From assembly GCF_006345805.1 (NCBI RefSeq), contig NC_042997.1, positions 130,696,001-130,760,000 on the forward strand: a DNA stretch of 64,000 nucleotides. Reading direction: 5' to 3'. The notes under the pieces were generated by a model. It was not told the origin of the DNA. It worked only from the letters and a program-made list of their open reading frames with translations, and did no database searches. The stretch is from Octopus sinensis. Its lineage: Eukaryota. Made by a program: the position numbers and the translations under genes. Shown here one piece after another: positions 14,254-28,296 of the stretch (position 1 is the stretch's first letter; every line of letters starts with the position of its first letter).

Positions 14254-14688
14254 CAACCATGCTCTATGATATACCAATACATATGACTAGATATTGTTGT
14301 CAAGGACCACCAAGAAATAGAAAATATCTGCTAATCCAGCAGATGACATTGTATCTCTAAAAGAAATGGAGAAACTGTGGAAATACAAATATTAGGAATA
14401 GAGATAACATGACCGTGGAGCACAAAAGCAAAAATAATCACTTTAATAATAGGTGATTAGGGACTGATCAAAAAACATACAGACAAATACATAGCCCAAA
14501 CACCAGGACTTATATGTAACATGCAGAAAACAGCACTGCTTGATACTGTACACATCTTACATAAACCACTTTTGGTAGAGTAAAAATAACACCACCAAAA
14601 CAAATCATGTGCATATTCAAGGTGCACAGAGCTCTACTCAGTAGTGTAGTGAAAGCTCACAATAAAAATAAGACTACTGAATAATAAT
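14254..14688 (+). mobile_element. R4/Dong-clade non-LTR element 3' end (restriction-like endonuclease domain) in TAA repeats
   Basis: DIVVKD...PADDIVSLKEMEKL.KY...QKTALLDTVHIL, flanked by (TAA)n on both sides. Confidence 0.75.
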
Positions 14689-16563
14689 TCTTTCAAATTT
14701 TGGCACTGAGCCAACAGTGTTTAGAGGAAGAGAGTAAATCTATTACACCAACCACAGGGCTCATTGGTACTTATTTTATCAAACCATGACAGAATTTGAA
14801 CTCAGAATGTGGAGAGGCATAGGAGAGGCTGTGCGGTAAGTAGCTTGCTTATGAACCAAATGGCACCTTGGGCAATTGTCTTCTACTATAGCCTCGGGCC
14901 AACCATGTGAGTGGATTTGGTAGACGGAAACTGAAAGAAGCCCGTCGTATATATGTATATATATATATATGTGTGTGTGAGTGTATATGTTTGTGTATCT
15001 GTATTTGTCCCCCCAACATCACTTGACAACCGATGCTGGTGTGTTTACATCCCTGTAACTCAGCAGTTTGGTGAAAGAGACCGATAGAATAACTACTAGG
15101 CTTACAAAGAATAAGTCCTGGGGTTGATTTGCTCAACTAAAAGCGGGGCTCCAGCATGGCCACAGTCAAACGAGTAAAAGAGTAAAGAGTATGGAAGAAA
15201 TGCCACTTAATATTTTATCCAACACATGATTCTACCAGCTTGCTGCCATAGACTACTGAAATCATATTTTCTAATATAAGCATCAGAGTATATATTTTTA
15301 GCTGGGAGAAAACAGTGAATTAAATCACTACTTAGTACTATACTCTTTTTAAACATATTTTTATTAGTTTGGTTTGGAGAAAGAGGCCCTTAGCCTTTGC
15401 AAGTCATCTAAGACCTTTATTTTATCAACTTCAGAAGAACAGGAAGAGGCCTTTGAACTTAGAACTTTGAATTCAGAATGTAAAGATATCTAATGATCTA
15501 TAAGATATTTTGACCAGTATTTTATCAATTCTGTCACTTAACCAAATAATACTATCAACCCCAACAGATAACAATGTATCTCTAAAAAAAGAAAGGGAAA
15601 ATTATCTAAAAGAACGCAGACATGGCTGTGTGGTAAAAAGTTTGCTTCCTATCCACATGGTTCTGGGTTCAGTCCCACTGCATGGCACACTAAGCAAGTA
15701 GTGTCTTCTACTATAGCCTTGTGAAAAGATTTGGTAGGTGGAAAATAAAAGAAGCCCATTATGTATGTGTGTGTGTGTATGAGTGTATGTATGTCTTTCT
15801 CTTTGGCTCTGTGTTTGTGTCATCCACCACTGCCATTTGACAACTGGTGCTAGTGTGTTTACATATTCATAATTTAGCAGTTCAGCAAAAAGAGACTGAT
15901 AGAATAAATATCAGGCTTTAAAAAATAGGTACTGGGGTCAATTTATTTGACTAAAAGTTCCTCGATGTGGTACCTTAGCATAACTCCAGTCTAATGAGTG
16001 AAATGAGTAAAAGATAAATGATATTATTCTGCCAGTCCACCATCCTATTGCTCCTGTATTTTATTGACCCCAGAAAGACAAACGGCTAAGTTATTGCTGG
16101 TGTGAAGGGAGATGATGGGTACAGTTTTAAGTTTATTTGTTTGTTGTAAAATTTGTAAGGGGATGATTGAAAGGATGAGTAACTATAAAGCTTGTCTGGT
16201 AAATAGCAGGAAAACATGACTGTGAAATAATTTGCCTATGTAATAGAGCTGTGTTAATGTACAGTATAACATAATAGACACCGCTATTTAACAAGTAATA
16301 TTGGTTTCAAATTTTGGAACAAGGCCAGAAATTTCGGGATAGGGAGTACATCAACCCCAGTGCTCAACTGGTACTTATCAATCCCCAGTAGGATGAAAGG
16401 TAAAGTTGACATCAGTAGATTTTGAACTCAGAATGTAAAGGCAGATGAAACGCCACAAAGCCTTTTGCCTGATTCTGCCAGCTCTCTGCTTTAACAAGTG
16501 TAATATTATAATATAAATGAGATATCAGTGTTATATCAGAGGGATATATCTATGTTTATATAC

Positions 16564-16645
16564 CTGAAGTCAGTATACAGTAAATCATAAACTTTTCAGT
16601 AAGTTCATTGGTGTTGGGTTGTAAGTTTGATAAATGGATGTAAAG
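16564..16645 (-). CDS. Coding exon 8 (LYIHLSNLQPNTNELTEKFMIYCILTS-V)
   Basis: Strong acceptor ttttcttctttttcag, donor CAG|GTATAT, 82 nt, phase 0 to 1, exactly bridging exons 7 and 9. Confidence 0.82.
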
Positions 16646-18227
16646 CTGAAAAAGAAGAAAACAAAACATAAACGAAACAAACAAAAGCAAAACAAAACAA
16701 AAGAAGGAGCATTAAGAATTTAAAAAAAAAGCACAAAACTGGTTCTAAATCTTGTTAAATTTCTTCCAGCCATCTCAAATATCCACCTGAATATTTTCAC
16801 AAGATATACTAATTGTTCATGTCATAAGGGATCATAGAATTCATGAGTTCTATCTTAGCTTTTGCATTTCTGCCTGCTTGGCATTTGATAACAAAGAAAA
16901 CTAAACTATTCAAAATTATAAATTCTTCAGAAAATATGAAAACAAAAATCTGAAAATGTTTTCCTTCTATAAAAATGGTTTCAAACATTGACACAAGGTC
17001 AGAAATTTCTCAGAGAGAAAACAGCCAATTGTGTTGGCAGCCCCAGGATTTGAATGGTACATCATTTTACTGCCCCCAGCAGGATTTGAACTCTGAACAT
17101 AAAAGCACATATCTCAATACTGGTAGACATTTTGCCTATCACACAACATATTCTGCTGGTCCACTTCCTGTAATAATTGTTACTATTATAGGTACAAGGC
17201 CAGAAATTTGGGGAAGGCAGTCAATTATATTGACCCCAGTACTTGACTGATACTTTATTTTATTGAACCTGAAAGGATCAAAGCAAAGTTGAACTCAGCA
17301 GGGTTTGAACTCTGAACATAAAGCACTGGAAAAAATATACTGCAGGGTATTTTTTTATGACAACTCTTACATTCCCACCATCTTCCACTACTCAAAGATA
17401 TTATTTCTAACTTTGGTACAAGTCCAGCAATTTTCGAAGTGCAGGGGTCAGTTGATTAAATCAACCCCGGTACTTGACCTTCATTTTATTGTCACTGGAA
17501 GGATGAAAGACAAAGTTGACATTGGCAGGATTTGAAATCAGAATGTTAAAGGCTAGAACAAATACCACAAGGCAATTTTTCTCATACTCTACTGATTCTG
17601 TCAATCTAATGCCCTCACTGCCCTTGAGCAGTCAACACCATTGCCTTTGGTACTTGACTGGTACTTTATTTTATTGACCTCAAAAGGATGAAAAGCAAAG
17701 TTAATTTTAGTGGGATTTGAACTCACTGCCCATATTAACAATGGTTTCAAATTTTGGCACAAGGCCAGCAGTTTTGAGATTGGTGTTCGGCTGATATCAT
17801 CATCCCTAGTACTTGGCTGACACCTCATTTTATAGAGCCCAGAGGGATGAGAGGCAAAGCTGACCCTAGTGGAATTTGAACTCAGAATATGAGTTGCAAG
17901 AAGTACCACCTGTCCAATCCTCTCATACTACTACTACTACAAACTTATCTAAACTTTGACATAATTTCATTATAACTGATCTTGAACACTTAGATATACA
18001 ATTAACCAGCAATGTTTTATGAGCAAGCCATTCCTTATTTTTGAAACCTATATTTGAAACAAAATATATTTTAATTTAGGCGATCCTAATCTGAAATCTA
18101 TCAAAATGTTTCTATTTCCTTAATGAGATTATTTAGCCTGACTATGAACAAACAACTGTTTATATAAATATTATATATTTCTATTTCCCTTTTCTGATGA
18201 TAGTTATGATAACAATATTTCTTTATA

Positions 18228-19461
18228 TCAGGCTGAGTAAAAAGTAAGCACCGTTTTGAAACATGAAATTCATCACAATATATTTCAACAATGCAGAAAT
18301 TTGATTCATCAAAGTAAGAACCATTACAATGAATACATTTTTGCCAATGAGTTACAAGTTTCTTTATTCTGGTAACATAAAAATCTGGAGTTCTGGAGCT
18401 GATGAACTCTTTGAATGCACTTTCAGCATTGGTTTGATTTTTGAACTCCTTCTCTCATAGGAAACCATTGGAGTGCTTTAAAAGGTGGTAGTTGGTAGAA
18501 GAAAGGTCTGGGGAATAAGCTAGGTGGAGAAGAACTTCGTAGCCAAATTCTCTCAACTTCTGGAGCATCATTAGTGAAACTAATGATTGGCCCTCTTCTG
18601 TTGTCCAGTCTGGGGTGGAGGAGTAGCAGTTTTTCATTCATTTTGGTAATTTCATGGCAATATGTTTCTGTAGTAATGGTTTTTCCAGGTTCTAAGAAGT
18701 TATAGTGGATGAGTCCAACAGTACACCACCAAACAGTCACCATAACCTTCTTTTTGAAGAGATCAAATTTAAGGAAGGTTTTCAGTGCTTCATTTTGGTC
18801 CAATCACTGTGAAGAACATTTTTTATTATTGTACAGAATCCACTTTTCATCGCAAGTTACAATACAGTCAGGAAATGGATCAGTCTGGTTATGGAGAAGA
18901 AGCGACGAGCAAATTTCATATCTGCACATTTTCTGATTTTCATTCAAATCGTGTAGTAACCATTTGTTGAGCTTTTTTGATTTTCCAATCACATACAAAC
19001 TTGAAGTTCTTTTGCCAGTTCTTGAGTGATTTTGCATGGATCTTTCTCAATTATGGTCTTTAGTTGACTGTCATTGATGACAGATGGGCGTCCACTATGT
19101 TCACGATCTTCAAGGCTCAGGTTTCCACTGTGAAATCATTTAAACCATTTTCGAGCTGACCACTCACTGGTCATTTCCTGACTAAATGTTTCGTTGATAT
19201 TGTGAGCAGTTTCAGCTGCTTTACATCTTTATTTAAGTTCAATAGCAAAACTGCTTGAATACCATTCTTTGATAGTTCCATTTCAGATGGTTGTAACAAT
19301 GGTGAAAAATGTATCAATGTTAATTTATTGACGAATTTGGGCAGTCTATGTCTATATTATCAGACAATTACAAAACAATGTTTAAAAAATTCAAAACTCT
19401 GCAAAAATCTGGTACAAATTCTTCGTGGTCCAAAATGTTGCTTACTTTTTACTCAACCTGA
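18228..19461 (-). mobile_element. Full-length-size, inactivated mariner (DD34D) transposon
   Basis: ~31-bp TIRs TCAGGCTGAGTAAAAAGTAAGCACCGTTTTG, TA at both ends. IVTCDEKWILYNN, KKVMVTVWW and AYSPDL motifs split across frames. Confidence 0.93.
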
Positions 19462-20404
19462 TAGTTCAATCTATGGTGATATCTGTTGGAGTTTTAACTA
19501 ATTTGTGTCATATCTTTACCAGACCATCATCACGCGCACAATCACACAAAAGAAAGAAGAAAGAAAAAAATTAAATAAATAAAATGAAATAAAGATTGAA
19601 AATCTAAAAAAAATAAATATAAAACTAATCAATAAAACAATATCTAAGGAAAATCACTAAAATGAAATGAATGAATTTATAAGCAATTTAGAATATATCA
19701 CATGCAACAAGCAGATGTAGGTATAGTTGTGAAGTTAAGAAGTTTACATTGCAACCACATGGTTGATCCTACAGTGTGCCATCTGGAGCAAGAACCTTCA
19801 GCTATAACCACAGGTACTTCAATGTTTTGTGTGAGAAATTTGGCAAATAGAAACTGTGAGAATACCCATCATACATGTGTGTTTGTGTGTATACGTGCAA
19901 TCATATGTGTATGTATGTATGAGTATATGAATATGTATGTGTGTGTACATGTATCATCATCAATCAAATGTCCTCTTTCCATGCTGACATGCATTGGACA
20001 AATTGTGACAGTCTGAGCCATTTCTTATTGAGAGCTACTGTTCATTTAGACTGGTTGGTTTTTGTATGTCATTTGACTTGGTTTCTACCACCAGGTGCCC
20101 TTCTGATCACCAACCATTTTACAGAGTATACCGGATGCATTTTCTCATGGCACCACCTTGAAAGAGTTTGCATTCTTGGTGTGAGGAAGGGCATCCAGCC
20201 ATTGAAGCCATGCTAAAGTAAACACTGGAGCTCAACGCAGTTCTCTAGCTCATCAGATCCTGTTGAACTGCTCCAACCATGCCAGCATTGAAGATGGATG
20301 CCAAAAAGTGATAATGATGGCAGGACAAGAGGGACCTCATAAATATATATTCAACACGATACAAGATGTGTGTGTATATATATATTAAACATGATACAAG
20401 ATAT

Positions 20405-20467
<63 letters not shown>

Positions 20468-21130
20468 TATAATACAGGATGGAGGGGTCTTTTTAGTCTT
20501 GTCAAAGCTGGTGGCATATCAAAACACACTCAGTTCATGGTGTAGAGTGATTATTGATAGAAAGTATATCTGTAAAAGTAAGAGGATGAGTGCCTCATAT
20601 TGTAAGGGCATATGGCTCATTAGAAGAAAATTGTAAGAGGCCAAGTGCTTCATTTCAAGGACATGGTGTCATCTGAGGTAAGAGGCTTAGTGCCTCATTG
20701 TAAGGACCTTGAGTCCAAAAGAAATATTGCCTCAAATTGTAAGTTCACAAAAGAACAATGTTTTAGAGAAGCAAAGATGTCTTCTCTCATTAATACCATC
20801 CTGTTCATCATTCATCTCATCTCATTAATGTCTTTGTCCAGCCCGTAGCTTCTCCATCTGTGTATGGCTTTCATGGCCAATTTAATGGAATAAAAAAGTA
20901 GCCAACCTGTGTGATCATGTAAAAAAAAAGAATGTGTGATGATGATGATAATGATAGTGGTGGTGGTGTTGGTGGTGGTGATAGTGATAGTGGGGTGGAA
21001 AAGGAGAAAAGAGATGATGATGATGATGATACTGATGATAATGCCATGACAACTTCATCAGCAGCAGACTGCTCCAGACAGACTTCATCTCAAAGCAGGC
21101 CTCAATATAAAAAAAAAGGGATTCACTTAC

Positions 21131-21217
21131 AGTTATTGTTTTAAATAAGTAATATCCAGGCTTTAAGAATCCAACTAGAATGAATACCAAAACACCAATC
21201 TTGCTTTCCTTCTTCAT
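21131..21217 (-). CDS. Coding exon 7 (MKKESKIGVLVFILVGFLKPGYYLFKTIT)
   Basis: Acceptor cttttcatttattctgcag, donor ACT|GTAAGT, 87 nt, phase 0 to 0. Confidence 0.9.
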
Positions 21218-22169
21218 CTGCAGAATAAATGAAAAGTGTGTGTATAGTCAATTGTAAGTAGTAAGTTGTCCTATATAGTCAGATGTACATAGTCCTATGT
21301 GATCAGTTGCATAAACTTAGAAGGTCATATAAGACTGAAGCCTGTCCACATTAGTCATTATACCTACCAAAAGTCCAGGCTAACACCTACCCCACTACCA
21401 CAACATGCTTCCATTTAATATTAATCAATTTGAAAGGCGGCGAGCTGGCAGAAATGTTAGCATGCTGGGTGAAATGCTTAGCGGTATTTTGTCTGTCTTT
21501 ACATTCTGAGTTCAAATTCTGCCGAGGTCAACTTTGTCTTTCATCCTTTTGGGGTCGATTAAATAAGTACCAGTTACGCACTGTGGTTGATATAATCGAC
21601 TTAATCCATTTGTCTGTCCTTGTTTGTCCCTTCTATGTTTAGCACCTTGTGGGTAGTAAAGAAATAGAAATAGGTATTTTGTCTGTCTTTACGTTCTGAG
21701 TTCAAATTCCGCCGAGGTCGACTTTGCCTTTCGTCCTATTGGGGTTGATAAATTAAGTACCAGTTACACACTGGGGTCGATCTAATCGATTGACCCCTTC
21801 CCACAAAATATTGGGTCTTGTGCCCAGAGTAGAAAAGAATAATAATCAATTTGAATTTTGTCTTCCTTAACAAGTCGTGTCGTTGATGCTAATGATTTCT
21901 CTTCTTATTTTGCTGGAGCTAAATTTGTCAGAAAAATTCCATTTTAACTCATTGCATTATGTTAGCCCATATATAACTGTGTGTGTGTGTGTATGTATGT
22001 GTGAGTGAATATATGTGTGTGTGTTTATATGTGAGTGTGTGTGTTTGTGTGCATGTGTGAGTATATATGAAGAAAACAATCCATTTTGAAGAGAATGGTG
22101 ACAGGGAATGGAAAATGGATTGTCTGCAATAATGTGAAGTGCAAATAATCATGGAGGAAGCATGGTGAA

Positions 22170-22746
22170 TCACCACAAACAACTTCCAAAGCAGGACTTC
22201 GCCCAAAGAAAGTTATGTTTTCGATTTAGTGAGATTTAGAGGGTGCTGTCTTTCATGAGTTCCTTCCCATTGACAGGACCATCAATCTGGATGTATACTG
22301 TGACCAGCTAGACAAATTAAACACAGCAATCCACAAGAAGCATCGATTATAAGGGCATTGTTTTTCATCACAGCAATGCCAGACCACACACTTTTTAGCA
22401 TATGAGGCGAAAGTTACTGGGGCTTTGCTGGAAAGTTTTTCTACACCCTCCATATTCATCCAGCCTGCTACCTTCAGATTTTCACTTGCTTCGGTCTTCC
22501 CAAAATTCATTGAATGGAAAGACCTTACACTCTGAAACAGGATGCAAAAATTCACCTAGAAGAGTTTTGCATCAGTAAAGATAGGAAATTCTTTGATCAG
22601 GGTATAATGGATCTGTCCAGAAAATGGCAGATGATGCGGGAATGAAATGGTAATTATATCATTGATTGAATAAATTGCTTTGTGTTTAAAACTTGTATCA
22701 TGTTTTCACTTAAAATAAAAGAAAACAAATGTTTTGGTTAACTCAA
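22170..22746 (+). mobile_element. Mariner transposase 3' fragment
   Basis: Degraded PKKVM...LPIDRTINLDVYCDQLD and HHSNARPH, ending with a KWQ-type C-terminus. Confidence 0.75.
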
Positions 22747-22770
22747 CGTGTGCATGCATGCATGTAAATA

Positions 22771-24285
22771 CATGGGCTGGAAAGTTCATAGGCTAACTAC
22801 GAAGGAGTGACGCTAAAGTAGTGAAATCATGCATGCACTAATTTCAGCTCTTCTTATTAATAACTGTATTGTTTCTTTCCAGGTAAACTGGTATCTAATT
22901 GTTCAAAGAAAACTTCAAAAGTACCTAGTAGCGACTTCTCTTGAAAATCAACAAAATTTGGCATCACAGTACCTGCAGAAAAAGGGTATAGCCCCCATGA
23001 ACATTCATGGTATATTAGGGGCTGATGCTCTAGCTTTATCTACAATGTAAAAAGTGGGCAGCGGAATTTAGGAGAAGGGAGTCTTGAAGATGACCCAGGG
23101 TCTGGATGTCCTGCAATTGTCACCACCAAGGAAAACATCAATCCTGTGCACCACATGGTCATGGATGACAGGTGATTGACTATAAATCAAATAGTCAATA
23201 CTATTAGCATACCCTGTGAGAGAGTTGAAAATGTTTTGTACAATGAAGATTTCTGCTTGGTGGATGTCACATCTTCTGACACCTGATCAAAAACACACCA
23301 GGTTGATCACATCACGGGAAAATCTGACATTATTTGAGACCAATCTAGTTGGTTTCTTTGAATGTTTACCAAGCCAGGATGAGTGTTGGCTTCATTACTT
23401 TGAGCCAGAGACAAAGAGACAATCCATGCAGAGGAAACACCCCTCCTTACCTGCTCCAAAGAAAGGTCAAGGTTGTTTCATCTGTAGGGTAGATGATGGT
23501 CTCAGTTTTTTTGAGATGCAAAAGGCACTGTGTTTATTGATCATCTTCAAAAGGGCCACACCATCAATGGAGAGTACTATGCCAAATTGCTGAGGTAGTT
23601 AAAAAAAGGTTATCAAGACCAAACGGCCAGGAGAGCTGATGAAATATCTTGTTGCATCAGGACAAAGCTCCAACACACAAGTCCTTGGTTGCAATGGCTG
23701 CTGTGCATTACTAACCCTAACCCTAGCTTTGAACTGGTTGATCACCCACCCTATTCTCCTGATTTGGTCCCATCTCACTATCATCTGTTCCCCAACATCA
23801 AAAAACACTTGGCTGGGAACCAGTATTGTAGTGATGATGACATTATATCTGGTGTTATATCTGCGGCGAGCTGGCAGAGACACTAGCACGTCGTGCGAAG
23901 TGCTTCACGGTATTTCGCCCGTCGCTACGTTCCGAGTTCAAATTCCGCTGAGGTCGACTTTGCCTTTCATCCTTTCGGGGTCGATAAATTAAGTACCAGT
24001 TAATCACTGGGGTTGATGTAATTGACTTAATCCGTTTGTCTGTCCTTGTTTGTCCCCTCTATGTTTAGCCCCTTGTGGGCAATAAAGAAACAATTATATC
24101 TGCTGTTGATGGACATATTTTGACCACCAGGATGGAAGCTTCTTCACCAATGGGATCCAAGCGCTACAATAACTGATGAAAAATGTGTGTAGACTGCAAG
24201 AGGGAGTATGTTGAAAATAAACTTCATTTGGTCACATTCCATGGGAGTATCTCAGTCAGCCTATGAACTTTTCAGATGATCCTCA
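22771..24285 (+). mobile_element. Mariner transposon of a second family, interrupted by a SINE
   Basis: Imperfect TIRs CATGGGCTGGAAAGTTCATAGGCT / AGCCTATGAACTTTTCAGATGATCCTCA, TA flanks. QDECWLHYFEPETKRQSMQ and HPPYSPDLVPSHYHLFP motifs. Confidence 0.9.
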
Positions 24286-24644
24286 TAAAGCATCAAAGTC
24301 ACATTGATATGCAATAGACAGCTGATTAGAGATGTTCCCTCATTGTACTAAATATATTTTTGGCTCCACATAATAATAATCCTGTTGAAGATGTTTTACT
24401 TACCTAGAATATTACATGTTCTTAGAGTACTTTAGTCCTTGTTATAGGTGTTAGATGTAATTTCTTGCATAGAAGTAATAATAATTTTTAACAAAGTTAA
24501 AAAGCTGTTATAGGGCTGATATGAAGTATATTCTCTACTATTTACCTTGCTAGATATGAAGAATTCATACATCCCAATGGAAATGCAATGATTATTTACA
24601 AACTTCAAAATTTGTCTGAATTGAATGAAAGTTAAAGAACTTAC

Positions 24645-24779
24645 CAACACGTAGCCAAGAAAATCCCACGCTAAGGATATTGGAATGCCAATAAACAGAA
24701 CAACAAGCTCCATAGTGTTTAGGGTAAGGTTGGCAAAGTTATTAAACCGCAGACTAAGAGTAAGAATCACAACGCTGAC
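24645..24779 (-). CDS. Coding exon 6 (VSVVILTLSLRF...AWDFLGYVL)
   Basis: Acceptor atattttctag, donor TTG|GTAAGT, 135 nt, phase 0 to 0. Confidence 0.9.
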
Positions 24780-25597
24780 CTAGAAAATATATTTCAAATT
24801 TTCATTTTTAAAAACTGATTTTTATAAATGAAGGAATAATAATGAGCTGCTTAGTTATCCAATAAGGTATAGAGAATCAATCTACTGCAGATATTTCACA
24901 CTGTATTTCATATATGGAAATAAGTGTGTGTAATTAAACATATGTTATTATCATTACAAGAATACCTGAGCCATCAATGATGGTAGGTGTTTTACTAAAT
25001 TTTGTGATAGTTACAACATTTTGGCTTGTATGTATGAATATTTGAGTTTTACCAATTGTAGGTAATGTTGAAAAATGTACATGATGAAAGTTGCTAATGC
25101 GAGTAGCAGAATTTTAATATAAAAAAAAGCCAAAATAACAGGAAAATAAGGAAATTATATTTATCACTCCCAAAATATTATACAGGTCTGATTACTTTTG
25201 GTATGTACAATTCACTCATTATTCATTCTACATTATGTTAATTTCTACAATAAATACTCTATTAATTTTGCAAGTGTTGGACATATATAAGAATTAAAAA
25301 CTTCCAAAATATATGCATATATACACATGGGTACATGATGTTACAAACAGGTTACATACATTTTCTAAAGGTTTTCAAGGAACAGCAGTTTATGCAAAAG
25401 CTACACATCTACAACATATTTGACACATTCCAAAGCATTATTATTCACATTCACTGAGAAAGTTCCTGAAGAACATTTCTTGTATAGACATGAGGAGGCA
25501 CCAACATACTTTGACCTTCTGAATTTTCAATCTGTAATTTCAGATTATTTCTGATTTCTGCTCTACTTAAAGGAAGGTATACAAGTTTGCAGTGTAA

Positions 25598-25993
25598 TCT
25601 TTATATATAAAGCTGAAGTTGTCTGTGTGTGACAGGTTTGGTAGCCTTCAACTAACACTATCTCCTCCGAGACCCTGCAGCGCAAGTTGACCAAAATTGA
25701 GAGTATGATAGAAGAAGGCTTGCTCTTCATTCCATAGAAGAAAAAATTCAAATCGGACCATGTTAACACCAAAAATTATTTACATCAAAAAGCTGCTTAT
25801 TTTCTATGAAAATCCCTACTTTTTACAATTTTTTTACTACTGTGTCGCCATTTTTCGGTGTATTTCAACCAGAAAAATGTTTACTTAAAGAGTATAACAA
25901 GCTACATAATGCTAAATTTTTACTTTGCAAAAATTCCAATTCTAAAGGGTCGAAAAGAAAACAAACCCGAGCAATGCCGGGCAATACTACTAG
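25598..25993 (+). mobile_element. Non-autonomous Helitron (~396 bp)
   Basis: A|TC start, subterminal hairpin CCCGAGCAATGCCGGG, CTAG|T end, no TSD. A near-identical copy lies at 43506-43899. Confidence 0.88.
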
Positions 25994-26380
25994 TAAGTAA
26001 ATAGGCTAAAGTTCAATACACAATACCTCTCAGTAAGTTGAATATAAAATTTGATATGTGTATTTTATTGTTGTGTAGTGGCAAATTGTTTGCATGCTAT
26101 ATTCAGTTTGATGTATAGTGAGTCTTGTTTTGTTACTTCTTGTGTTAGTTAACATTTAACTTGTAGTGAAATTTTCAGTAGTATTCAGTGTTAAATGTAC
26201 AGAATATGTGCAGGAGTGGCTGTGTGGTAAGTAGCTTGTTTACCAACCGCATGGTTCCGGGTTCAGTACCACTGTGTGGCACCTTGGGCAAGTGTCTTCT
26301 ATTATAGCCTCAGGTTAACCAAAGCCTTGTGAGTGGATTTGGTAGACGGAAACTGAAAGAAGCTCGTCGTATATATGTAG

Positions 26381-26444
<64 letters not shown>

Positions 26445-26879
26445 ATATGTTTGTGTGTCTGTGTTTGTCCCCCCAACATCACTTGACAACCGATGCTGGT
26501 GTGTTTACATCCCTGTAACTTAGCGGTTCAACAAAAGAGACAGATAGAATAAGTACTAGGCTTCGAAAGAATAAGTCCTGGGGTCGATTTGCTCGACTAA
26601 AGATGGTGCTCCAGCATGGCCACAGTCAAATGACTGAAACAAGTAAAAGACTAAAAGAGTATGTGCTGTGTGAATTGCATTAAAGGTAAACGTGCACAAT
26701 ATATATCACATGAGTTGTGATATAGTATCAAGAGGTGATTGTGTAGAATATGCATTTTGTAAGTTGTGTTATAGTACAGGAAGGTGACTGTATATAATAC
26801 ATGCCATGTAAATTGTGTTATTTTACTGAGTTCTGCTATTGAATTGTAAGTTGCTTGCAGTACAAAGAAAGGTTATTTT

Positions 26880-27330
26880 CTTGAGATTGTGTACAAAACT
26901 GTAGGCCCTGATATGATAAGACTGATAATGGTCATGCTGTGAATGCTAACCTTTATGCTTAACAACTGCAGCAAGTATATGGTGCTCTTGAAAGTGAACT
27001 ACTTAGTATGTGTTAAAGACTTATGTGCCTACGGCCTGACAATGCCCCAGGACAAACTCCCATTATGACCAAGTGCAAAACTTGAGGGACTGGGAGTATT
27101 GCCTCACCCCACCTACAGTCCAGACCATGCACCATCAGATTTTCCAAGTTATGGCTAATTTCCTGCATAGACAGAGATTCAATATTGTGGGTGAGATTGA
27201 AAATAGGCACAAGGAGATCTTTGTCTTTAAACCAGCCGAATAGTATAAGATTGGAATTAAGCTTCTGGCACAATGATAGAAACAGACAATAGAATACAAT
27301 GGTATATATTTTCATGAATAAATGCTTATC
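26880..27330 (+). mobile_element. Mariner transposase 3' fragment
   Basis: Degraded DNAP, LPHPP-YSPDHAPSDF and ...IEYNGIYF* motifs. Confidence 0.75.
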
Positions 27331-27432
27331 ATATGTAATTTTTTAAAACTATTAATTAAAGCTGAACATATAGAAAAACTTTGATTCAAGCTAGTATTGA
27401 TTCTTTTATCCACAAAGATCTAAAATTAATGT

Positions 27433-27486
<54 letters not shown>

Positions 27487-27509
27487 TGTGTTGTATTTCT
27501 GGAAGATCA

Positions 27510-27748
27510 TTATGCCAATGATAAACACACACACGGGCAGCTCTATTTCACTTCTTTTATCATTATTAGTCAATTGGTTAAATATTTAATCAGTTAACTA
27601 ACTGATTATTAAATGAAAGGCTTGTTTGGATGAATGAATAATCAAACAATTGGCTAATTAATTGGTTAAATGGTTAACTAATCAACTAATAGTAATAATA
27701 ATAAAAGAAGTGAAATAGAACCAGTGCATGTGTTTATCATTGGCATAA
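27510..27748. repeat. MITE with imperfect long TIRs
   Basis: TTATGCCAATGATAAACAC...CTATTTCACTTCTTTTAT and its reverse complement at the other end. Confidence 0.8.
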
Positions 27749-27966
27749 AGACCCTTATGAGAGACAACAGAATCAAAAAGTTAGATAAGCCATTATGAAT
27801 TAATGCTTGTAGTTGTTCCTCTGATGATGGTACATATAAAAAGCTGTTATAATTTCATACTCTGTATCAGTCAAGTAATATAAGGTTCATTGGCTAAAGA
27901 TATAGTAGAGCAGTTGTAACAAAAGACAACTGATCATATAAGCTATCTGAAAAAAAAAAATCTTAA

Positions 27967-28164
27967 TCCTTTTCTGTATTATTTCTATTGAGATACACTG
28001 TCTTTGTTTCAATTAATTTGGAAAATAACGAGGAGTTTAGAAAAATTACTTCATTATTAAATTTTGATGCAAAACTTTAGCTTAGATCACTTTAAAAGGG
28101 AGAAATTTGCATCATACAATTAGGGAGAGGGGTGGTGGTGTTGCACAGGTTGGTATCAAATGGG
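27967..28164. mobile_element. piggyBac-type MITE
   Basis: TTAA at both ends (27963-27966, 28165-28168), degenerate short TIRs TCCTTTC...AAATGGG. Confidence 0.6.
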
Positions 28165-28212
28165 TTAAAACTGAGATAAAATATTTGTCTGAAGCAAATA
28201 AAAACAACTTAC

Positions 28213-28271
28213 AGTGACTTGGAGATCAAATTTTAATAATGTTGAAAACAGTGTTGCCTGTTTGTACATGT
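28213..28271 (-). CDS. Coding exon 5 (N-MYKQATLFSTLLKFDLQVT)
   Basis: Acceptor tttttctttttctttattcag, donor ACT|GTAAGT, 59 nt, phase 1 to 0. Confidence 0.9.
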
Positions 28272-28296
28272 CTGAATAAAGAAAAAGAAAAAAAAA

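Noticed and set aside
27821-27900. CTGATGATGGTAC possible hammerhead core
   Set aside because: No GAAA or stem III downstream.
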